A stretch of DNA of 64,000 nucleotides from Candidatus Atribacteria bacterium UBA6251. Its GTDB lineage: Bacteria; Atribacterota; Phoenicimicrobiia; Phoenicimicrobiales; Phoenicimicrobiaceae. Below are positions 22,176 to 29,671 of the stretch, piece after piece; the stretch's first letter is position 1; every line of letters starts with the position of its first letter. A program made the translations under genes and the position numbers. The notes beneath the pieces were generated by a model, which saw only the letters and a list, made by a program, of their open reading frames with translations, was not told the origin of the DNA and made no database searches. The stretch is from positions 3,369 through 67,368 of the forward strand of contig DJVR01000034.1 of assembly GCA_002441285.1 (NCBI GenBank). The letters run 5' to 3'.

Positions 22176-22400
22176 GAAGGCGTGGCAATCTCAATTTTAT
22201 TTTTTCAATTATATGCCAACTTAGATTCCCGCTCTGAATTACCGCTTTCGCGGGAATGACATAATCAAATTAAAATGACATTTAATATTTTTCTTATAGG
22301 GGTCGGATTTATCCGACCCGTTTTAATTGCGGGTTCGATGAATCAAACCCCTACATTTCACCCTCACCCTACCCTCTCCCCTCAAGGGAGAGGAAATAGA
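22150..22400. repeat. Composite of dispersed GTCATT-hairpin repeat modules plus GC-rich hairpins
   Basis: GTCATTGCGAGCCTTCTGCAAGAAGGCGTGGCAATCTCA at 22155-22193. A reverse-orientation GTCATTCCCGCGAAAGCGG module at 22226-22262. Hairpins GGGTCGGATTTATCCGACCC and CCTCTCCCCTCAAGGGAGAGG. Related copies at about 27260 and about 32150. Confidence 0.75.
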
Positions 22401-22416
22401 AACGATGACAAAAATA

Positions 22417-24321
22417 TTAGTAATCTAACTTGTGAGCAGTGATAAGGATAATTATTTCTGTTTTCTTGTTTTTGCTATTAGTAAATTTGAATAACTCACC
22501 AAATATAGGTATATCTCCTAATAACGGTATTTTCGTTGTAGTTTTTATCTGTTCTGAAGTAATTAATCCTCCTATTACTACCGTCTCACCCAATTTAGAT
22601 CGAATTATTACCTCCTCTTCTCGAGAATTAATTACAGGATAACCTATATACTGCTCTGTTCCCAGTGAATTTACTGTTACATAAACATCCATTGTTATGG
22701 GCCCATCAGTACTTAAATAAGGAGTAATATTTAAAGTTAATCCTACTTTTTTATAATCAATAGTTTCCACACCTTCAGCATCTCTCTTTTTTATAGGAAT
22801 TTGTTGACCAGTTTCTATTCTAGCTTCTTTCCCATCCAAAGTAAGAACCTTAGGATTAGATAGAATATTAGTCTTTCCTTCAGTTTGCAAGGCTTTTAGC
22901 GTTGCTTCAATTAAACCACTTCTTTCGAAAGAACCCCCTAAAGTTATTTCACCTATAGTAATTTGACCTTCTAATTTAGCATCACCACTCACCCACTTAA
23001 TTCCTAAGTCTTTTTCCCCATCTAAAGTAATTTCAACGACTTTAGCTTCTATCATTATCTGAGGTACACGCTTATCCAGACCAGCAATCATTGTTTCTAC
23101 ATTATCCAATTGTTCTTCTGTACCTTTTACAATAATTTCACTCTGCCGGCTATCAATATTTATTCTTTCTTCTTCAGGAATAATAATGCTGAGCATATTC
23201 TTTATAGCCTCAATTTCATCATCAAAGATAGCATTATTTATCTTAAAGGTTTTAGTAAATAATTGAGAATCAATCCTGGAGATTATCTCTTCAACCTTTT
23301 TTATATCTTCTTTTGTGCCAGAGATGATTAGATTGTTTAATCTTGGATCGGCTACAATATTTATTTTACTTTTTTCTTCTTCTTTTAGATAATTATCTAA
23401 AACTCTTTTAGCTTCTTCAGCGGTTGTATTTTTTAGTTCAAATATTTGAGTAATGGTGGACTGTCTTTCTTTAATTTTATTTTTAGTGGTAATGTAGACC
23501 GTATTCTCGGAAATTTCCATATAATCCAAATCTTTAATTAATAAAATGGCATTTAAGGCTTCTTTAAAGCTAACTTTTTTGGGGAAATTCAGAGTAATGG
23601 TTCCACTTACCGAGTCATCGGTGATAAGATTAATTTCAGCCCTAGCAAATAAAAGATTTAAAATATCTCGAACTTCGGAATCTTTTTTAAAATTAATTTC
23701 CAAAGGTTCCATCTTATTATCCGCTAAATCAATAATTGAAACCTTAGGGGGTTCTTCTTTTTCCAGCTTGACTGGTTTACTAATTACCGGGGTAACTGTA
23801 AATACTTGAGCTTCAGGAGCAGTAAATTCTTCATAATCATAAATATCAATATACAATAGCTTTTTCTCTTCCGATAATTTTACTTCATACTTTGCCTTTT
23901 GAAACAAATCTACCACAAATCTGGTAATAGGTATCGGTTCAGTTTCAAATTGTCCACATCTTACCTGTTTAACTGCTCCCAAATTTAAAAATAAAATATT
24001 TTTAGATAAATCTTGGATGTTATAAATTGCATTCTTTACATCAATTACAATTCTATCCGGAGAATCGAAATAACTAACTTCATAATCTTGGATTGCTCCA
24101 TTAGCTTTAATGGTAAGATGAGTAAAGTTAGGAACTTTTTTATACCAGATATTAGTAAAAGAAATATTATCTGTCTCAGCGTTAGCTATAGCTAATATAA
24201 AGGAAGTTAATAAAAATAATATTAAAACGAAAATTAAATTTTTTATTCTTCTAATTCTTGTAGTTGTTTCAACTGGTGGAAAAATAATCATATCTTTTTT
24301 ATTCATTAGAAGCTTCCTCAC
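22417..24321 (-). CDS. pilQ: Type IV pilus secretin PilQ (AMIN domain + secretin domain)
   Basis: 634 aa. N-terminal AMIN-like region. C-terminal secretin signature (GETVVIGGLI...IPLLGDIPIFGELFKF). Confidence 0.85.
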   Translation of the reverse strand: MRKLLMNKKDMIIFPPVETTTRIRRIKNLIFVLILFLLTSFILAIANAETDNISFTNIWYKKVPNFTHLTIKANGAIQDYEVSYFDSPDRIVIDVKNAIYNIQDLSKNILFLNLGAVKQVRCGQFETEPIPITRFVVDLFQKAKYEVKLSEEKKLLYIDIYDYEEFTAPEAQVFTVTPVISKPVKLEKEEPPKVSIIDLADNKMEPLEINFKKDSEVRDILNLLFARAEINLITDDSVSGTITLNFPKKVSFKEALNAILLIKDLDYMEISENTVYITTKNKIKERQSTITQIFELKNTTAEEAKRVLDNYLKEEEKSKINIVADPRLNNLIISGTKEDIKKVEEIISRIDSQLFTKTFKINNAIFDDEIEAIKNMLSIIIPEEERINIDSRQSEIIVKGTEEQLDNVETMIAGLDKRVPQIMIEAKVVEITLDGEKDLGIKWVSGDAKLEGQITIGEITLGGSFERSGLIEATLKALQTEGKTNILSNPKVLTLDGKEARIETGQQIPIKKRDAEGVETIDYKKVGLTLNITPYLSTDGPITMDVYVTVNSLGTEQYIGYPVINSREEEVIIRSKLGETVVIGGLITSEQIKTTTKIPLLGDIPIFGELFKFTNSKNKKTEIIILITAHKLDY

Positions 24322-24964
24322 CTCCTATTTTCAGAGAAAATTCATAATCTTCTATTTCCAGTATTACTTCATTTTTTCTTATCTCTTTGACAATATATTT
24401 ATCTAATAATATATCGTATAATTTAGCAATAAAAGTATCACCATCTATTTCTATCATAGCTACGCGATTACTTTCATTACCGACTATACCATTTAATTTA
24501 GTATCGGGAGGTAATTCCGGTTTGTATATAGCAGTTTGTTTCCACCAGGCTTCCTCCTCTTCAGTTGGAGCCTCTTCTTCTTTTTTAGAAGAGAAAACAC
24601 TTACTTTTTGAAAAGGATTGCGATAGCTAGGAGGTTCATAAGGTTCATAAGCAAAAATTTTCTCTTCGTAAGCTTGTTTTCTTTTTTCCATTTCAATATC
24701 GAAAGGAGTTTTTTCTTGAACCACAGGTTCCTCTTTTTGCAAGGGAGAAGAAACAGCAGTAGAGGTAGTAGTATTCGTTTTAGTAGAAAAAGTTGCTACT
24801 TTAGGGGTACTTGCCTTTGGTGGAAAAAACATCGGATACCCTAAATAGGCAATTGCTCCTAATAAGATTACTAATATTAAAAACAACCATAACCACCTTC
24901 GGCTACGAGAACCTTGGTCTCTTTCTGTTTTTTTAAAAATATTTTTGAAAGATATTTTTTTCAT
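24299..24964 (-). CDS. PilP-like pilus assembly lipoprotein (putative)
   Basis: 221 aa. N-terminal TM, Pro/Thr-rich linker, C-terminal beta domain. Position between pilO and pilQ. Confidence 0.4.
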   Translation of the reverse strand: MKKISFKNIFKKTERDQGSRSRRWLWLFLILVILLGAIAYLGYPMFFPPKASTPKVATFSTKTNTTTSTAVSSPLQKEEPVVQEKTPFDIEMEKRKQAYEEKIFAYEPYEPPSYRNPFQKVSVFSSKKEEEAPTEEEEAWWKQTAIYKPELPPDTKLNGIVGNESNRVAMIEIDGDTFIAKLYDILLDKYIVKEIRKNEVILEIEDYEFSLKIGGEEASNE

Positions 24965-24967
24965 TTT

Positions 24968-25522
24968 CTATGGCGTACCTTCTTTTCTTAATAGATAAGT
25001 AAGCATACTTATAGAAATATTTAATTTATCGGGATCTTTACCACCTTTACTAATATTTAGAGATTGAACATCAATAATACGAGGTAGGTTTTCCAGTCGA
25101 TCCAGATAGAAGATTAGATCAAAATAATTAGCAGCAAGATTCATAGAAATAGGCATTTTCCCATAGATCCTTTCTTTCTCCCAGATGATATTTTGAGGAG
25201 TAAAGTTGGTAAAATCTACTTTAAACTCAGTCATAGTATCTTGAATCATTACCAATAAATCAGGAATCTCTTTTTCTTTAGGCAACATTACCTCTAAAAA
25301 AGCTAATTTTTCTTTCAAAGCGGCATATTCTGCTTTTAAGGGACCTAATTGAGCAGCAATCTTTTTACCCTGTTCAATCTTTTGAGCAGTAGTTTGAATA
25401 TCTCGATCTAATTGTTCTATTTTTTGCATCCTAGGCTGATAAATATATAAATAGTTAACTCCCACAATTAAGATAGTTAAAAGTAAGAGTAGAAAGATCA
25501 CTATGCCCTTTCTTAATTTCAT
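24968..25522 (-). CDS. pilO: Type IV pilus assembly protein PilO
   Basis: 184 aa. Single TM plus coiled coil. pilMNOPQ context. Confidence 0.6.
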   Translation of the reverse strand: MKLRKGIVIFLLLLLTILIVGVNYLYIYQPRMQKIEQLDRDIQTTAQKIEQGKKIAAQLGPLKAEYAALKEKLAFLEVMLPKEKEIPDLLVMIQDTMTEFKVDFTNFTPQNIIWEKERIYGKMPISMNLAANYFDLIFYLDRLENLPRIIDVQSLNISKGGKDPDKLNISISMLTYLLRKEGTP

Positions 25523-25552
25523 AAACTAAATATTTCCTTTCTTTTTTAGCCT

Positions 25553-26122
25553 TTATGGTTTTACTTTCTTAGGTATAAATATTCCGGATAATTTAAAATT
25601 AACTATTTCTGTTTCTATATCATCTGCTTCACGTAAATTAGTTTTATGAACATAAGCCAATTCGATATTATCAAAAGTGGAGTTATTCTTTAAAGCCACC
25701 ATATACTTGGCAATTAAATAATTGTTATAGGTATTAGCAGTAAAATTAAAGGTTTGATTGGCGCTTAAACTAATGTTATCTACCCAAACTTCATCCAGTA
25801 TAGAAGCGCTGAATTCACCCAGAATACGGGATAAACGAGATTGATTATCGATTAACCCCTGAATAACCATAATCCGATCTTCGATAACCTTTTTATCTTT
25901 TTCTAAATCTTTTACTTCTTTGATGATCTTTTCAATAGCTGCTAGTTCAGCCTTCATTACCTTTAATTGTTGTTCACGACTATCGATTTGAATCTCTAAG
26001 TAATAATAGAGGTAAATAGAGGCCATTATTAAAAAAGAAAAGAATAAAATGATTATAAATCTACTAAATCTAAATTTCTCCTTCTCTTTATATTCGCTTG
26101 GTAATAAGTTAATATTTGTCAT
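25553..26122 (-). CDS. pilN: Type IV pilus assembly protein PilN
   Basis: 189 aa. N-terminal INLLP motif and single TM. Confidence 0.65.
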   Translation of the reverse strand: MTNINLLPSEYKEKEKFRFSRFIIILFFSFLIMASIYLYYYLEIQIDSREQQLKVMKAELAAIEKIIKEVKDLEKDKKVIEDRIMVIQGLIDNQSRLSRILGEFSASILDEVWVDNISLSANQTFNFTANTYNNYLIAKYMVALKNNSTFDNIELAYVHKTNLREADDIETEIVNFKLSGIFIPKKVKP

Positions 26123-26131
26123 CTTGATGGT

Positions 26132-27238
26132 TTACCTTTCTCTTTTAGCTAAACCTATTACTGTAGCCAGGGTGGATTTAATCTTATTTAGCCTCTTTAA
26201 ATCAAATTCAGCCTCATTAATCCTGATTCCTTTCCAAGGGTCACCTATTTTAGTAGTAATTTCAAATTCATTGGTGAGGAATTCTTCAATACCAGAAATA
26301 TTGGCACTACCTCCGCAAAGAATAATTTTACTATATTTTACTTGCTGATTTTGAGTTTTATAATAATTTAATGATTTTCTTACCTCTTTAGCTAATTGAT
26401 CTAAAATCTTTAACATAATTTTTTCAGCTTCATCGCTCTTTTTTTCGCCTGGAGATTCTTCAGAGGGATTAATTATTTTAGTTTCTCTTTTTAGTTTTTC
26501 TGCTTCACTAAAGGTTAGATTTAATGATTTGGCAATTGCTTTGGTAATATCGTTACCTCCGATAAGGATATCTCGGGCAAATTTCAAGTTACCTTTTTCG
26601 GTCAGGGTAAGGATGGTAGTGCTTGCTCCTATAGATAAAATTGCATCAGTAACTGTTTCTATAGATTGTTTTTCTTTTTCTTCTTGGACCTTTTCTTTTG
26701 GTTCATTTTGACTTTTATTTAAATAAAAGTCAAAAGCTCTGATATTGGCAGCAGAGCTTATATCCACTATTTTAGGAATTATCCGTACCTTTTTTAAGGC
26801 CTCCATATAAGGTTGAATAACTGATTTAGGAACCGCAACCAGTAAAACTCTCATCATCTGATTGCCATCCTTTTCGGTAAATTCCTCAATCTTTTCCGCA
26901 TCAATTACCGCTTCATCAAGATTATAAGGGACATACTTAGGTGCTTCCCATAGCACTCCTGGTAATATTTCTTTCTCTTCCATTAAAGGCAGAATAATTT
27001 CTCGAATAATTAATTTTTGTCCAGTAATAGCAATAATCGCTCGATTATCTCTCATTCTAATCTTACTTAATAAATCAGCTAAGGCCTCAGCAACCGCAAT
27101 GGGATTTATAATTTCACCATTAGCCACCGCACCTTCCGGACTAAAATTAGTTCCGAAACTATCCAGTTCATATCCAGCACCAACTTTGTTCAGTTTTAAT
27201 ACTTTAATCGAACGTGCACCAAAATCGATTGCAAACAT
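26132..27238 (-). CDS. pilM: Type IV pilus assembly protein PilM (actin-like ATPase fold)
   Basis: 368 aa. PilM/FtsA-like sequence (MFAIDFGARSIKVLKL...). Confidence 0.85.
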   Translation of the reverse strand: MFAIDFGARSIKVLKLNKVGAGYELDSFGTNFSPEGAVANGEIINPIAVAEALADLLSKIRMRDNRAIIAITGQKLIIREIILPLMEEKEILPGVLWEAPKYVPYNLDEAVIDAEKIEEFTEKDGNQMMRVLLVAVPKSVIQPYMEALKKVRIIPKIVDISSAANIRAFDFYLNKSQNEPKEKVQEEKEKQSIETVTDAILSIGASTTILTLTEKGNLKFARDILIGGNDITKAIAKSLNLTFSEAEKLKRETKIINPSEESPGEKKSDEAEKIMLKILDQLAKEVRKSLNYYKTQNQQVKYSKIILCGGSANISGIEEFLTNEFEITTKIGDPWKGIRINEAEFDLKRLNKIKSTLATVIGLAKRER

Positions 27239-27259
27239 ATCTACTCTTTATTTCCTTTC

Positions 27260-27375
27260 TGTCATTCCCGCGAAAGCGGGAATCCATCTTCTCCGTCATT
27301 GCGAAGAATCCACCCTTTCTGTCATTGCGAGGGTGGCACTCAAGTAATATTGAGTGCCACCCGTGGCAATCTCAT
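27260..27375. repeat. Three tandem GTCATT-hairpin repeat modules upstream of pilM
   Basis: GTCATTCCCGCGAAAGCGGGAATCCATCTTCTCC, GTCATTGCGAAGAATCCACCCTTTCT, and GTCATTGCGAGGGTGGCACTCAAGTAATATTGAGTGCCACCCGTGGCAATCTCA. Confidence 0.8.
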
Positions 27376-27425
27376 ATTACTATATCACATCATTGTAAAC
27401 TTACCATATGAATTTTTTTTTCTAT

Positions 27426-27654
27426 ACTCGATAATTTTCTTTCTTGTTTTATTCTTTCTCGATACTATCTTATGTTGTTTCTTTTCTGTTTTCTTTCTTG
27501 ACGCGATAATGTTCTACTAAATGCCAAAGCTATCTCTTTAAGCTCGTAATTCTTTCCCACACTATAACTATCCGCTATTATTATACGACAACCTACGATT
27601 CAAGCCCTTATCTTCTCTTGGACTCGATACTCGATACTATATGCTCGATACTAT
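27426..27654. promoter_or_regulatory. Array of CTCGATACT direct repeats in the pilM upstream region
   Basis: (C)TCGATA(C/A)T occurs at least five times (27426, 27459, 27623, 27630, 27644) within about 230 bp, 190-420 bp upstream of the pilM start. Confidence 0.4.
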
Positions 27655-27732
27655 TTTTATGCTGTTTTTATACATATTTTCTCCATAACTTCTAAAAATC
27701 CTTCTTTTTATGAAAAATAATTTAAAAATTAT

Positions 27733-28956
27733 TTAATATACCTCTCTCCAGGATGTTTTTTTAAAGAAACGGTCACCGGTAGTTGTAAATTGATTCATAG
27801 ATGTATCATAATTAATTATTGATTTATTACGAACATATACAGTATCTGCAATCACCGAACCGGTAACTTCACATCCATTTTTTAATTCAATAAAACCTTC
27901 AGAATTACCATCAGGTAAAATTGATTGAACTATTCCTTTAAGAATAGATGATTTAGCGTAAATTTTGATATTTCCCTGTGCTACTAAAGCAAGTGCGGTA
28001 ATTGGGTCATCTGCATTAATATAAGTACTGTCATTATTAATATTAAAAGTTGCACCTTCTTTAATTTCCACATTACCAGTAGCAATAATTGCACCATTGT
28101 TAACATTTATTGTTGAGCCATTTTTAGCTTCTAAACTTCCTTCAATATAATGTATTCCCGTCCAATTTTCTATATCACCATTTCCCAGAATAACATCACT
28201 TGTGTGATAATGAATATTGCCTGATGCGGCTTCATCAGCCAAAGCTCTCACTTTTAATTCATCATAATCAACTGTAGGAATAGTCTCTTTTGGAACCCCC
28301 GTATTACTACCATCACTAGTATCATCTAAGTCATTATTTTTTCCGGAAGAAGTAGCGTTTCCATCATAATTTTCATCAAACTTACCCGAAACTAAGATAT
28401 CATCATTAGAATGCACATCACCAGTAATATCAGGCCCAGGAGTGCCCTGGAAAAGAATTATTTTATCAGCAAGAATGGCATATTTATACATCGCTATTAT
28501 TATGTAATCAATTTCCGCGGTTACTTCTATTTTTCGCTTTCCTGAGGAAAATTTACCTCCTAAAACTACTCCAGTTGAAGTAATTTTAATCTTATCAGTA
28601 TCAATATCCTCAATGCTTACTTGATAATATTCGGTAGCTGTCCCTGGGTCAGGTTCATTAGTAGGACGCCACTCTATTCCCTCTCCACCATTTTCAACGA
28701 TTGTATTTAATTTCCATAGAGCGTCTTCAATGCCTGCATCAGCCAAATAAAAAGCTTTATTAGATTCCCGTTGAAGGGTAGACAACTTCGTATCATTATT
28801 AGTCATAGTAAGCAGGGCTACGGCTAAAGTAACTAATACAAAAACAAAGATTAAAGTTGTCAAAAGAGCCATGCCTTTTTGATTTAACAGAATATTTCTT
28901 ATTTTTTTATCTTTAATCTTCTTTTTTCTTTTTTTCATTTCTATCACCCCTCTCAA
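27733..28956 (-). CDS. PilX-like minor pilin / pilus assembly protein with beta-helix-like repeats
   Basis: 407 aa. PilX_N-type N-terminus (QKGMALLTTLIFVFVLVTLAVALL). Repeat-rich C-terminal region (GNVEIKEGATFNINND). Confidence 0.6.
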   Translation of the reverse strand: MRGVIEMKKRKKKIKDKKIRNILLNQKGMALLTTLIFVFVLVTLAVALLTMTNNDTKLSTLQRESNKAFYLADAGIEDALWKLNTIVENGGEGIEWRPTNEPDPGTATEYYQVSIEDIDTDKIKITSTGVVLGGKFSSGKRKIEVTAEIDYIIIAMYKYAILADKIILFQGTPGPDITGDVHSNDDILVSGKFDENYDGNATSSGKNNDLDDTSDGSNTGVPKETIPTVDYDELKVRALADEAASGNIHYHTSDVILGNGDIENWTGIHYIEGSLEAKNGSTINVNNGAIIATGNVEIKEGATFNINNDSTYINADDPITALALVAQGNIKIYAKSSILKGIVQSILPDGNSEGFIELKNGCEVTGSVIADTVYVRNKSIINYDTSMNQFTTTGDRFFKKTSWREVY

Positions 28957-29072
28957 GTGGATTATTAGTCAATTTATCGATTAACTAATTCATCAATTTC
29001 AGTACTTCATTTAACCATTCCGTAAAACAGGCGTCTCGCCTGTCTATAATTTTAATAGAAACAAAAAATCTA

Positions 29073-29645
29073 CTATAAACCATAATTTCTCAGATTAACA
29101 TCCGTATTTAAAGTTATATCAGGTTTGCCATCATCATCAACATCTACTTTTAAATTTATGTGTATTTTAGATATTTTAGGCAATGTAGAGATATCAGGAG
29201 AATCATATTTTACTCCATTAGAATCATAGTATTCAAAAATATCTTCCTCACTTATTTTAAGTACATTATCAATTAAAGGATTGCTGGTTAAATTTTTTAT
29301 TCTTTGTATGGTAGTACCAAATAAAGCATAGGTAACAGAATAAGCGGAACTTCCACCTAAAGGAGGAATATCAACAGTAACAGAAATTTCTGAACCACTA
29401 GATATATTACTACCCTCTCTTATTTCTCTTACCATTCTATCCATAGCCTGACGTGCATTTCTCTGTGCCTCTAATTGACTCTGGCCTGCTACCCAGGATT
29501 TAGCTCCCCCTGTGAAAAAAGTTACCAATCCTAAAACAATTAATCCTAGAATAGCCACTACAACCATCATTTCGATTAAACTAAAACCTTTTTGTTTATA
29601 CTTACAATGAATTATCTTCATAATATTTCCCTTTTTAAATATCAC
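29073..29645 (-). CDS. Prepilin-type minor pseudopilin (PilV/PilW/GspJ-like)
   Basis: 190 aa. Class III signal KQKG|FSLIEMMVVVAILGLIVLG. Confidence 0.75.
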   Translation of the reverse strand: MIFKKGNIMKIIHCKYKQKGFSLIEMMVVVAILGLIVLGLVTFFTGGAKSWVAGQSQLEAQRNARQAMDRMVREIREGSNISSGSEISVTVDIPPLGGSSAYSVTYALFGTTIQRIKNLTSNPLIDNVLKISEEDIFEYYDSNGVKYDSPDISTLPKISKIHINLKVDVDDDGKPDITLNTDVNLRNYGL

Positions 29646-29671
29646 AAGATATTTTTGTAATACAATCTTAA

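Noticed and set aside
22290-22395. GC-rich segment with GGGTTCGATGAATCAAACCCC resembling a tRNA T-arm (possible integrase attachment-site remnant)
   Set aside because: A cloverleaf cannot be completed. The segment folds instead as independent hairpins. No integrase or direct-repeat partner was found nearby.
20690-29045. Short hairpins GGACAGGTGTCTCGCCTGCC (about 20693) and ACAGGCGTCTCGCCTGT (about 29024) sharing a CTCGCCTG core with the 20722-20762 terminator
   Set aside because: There are only two or three copies, and each is a short, simple stem. They could be small REP-like elements, but the evidence is too thin to call a family.
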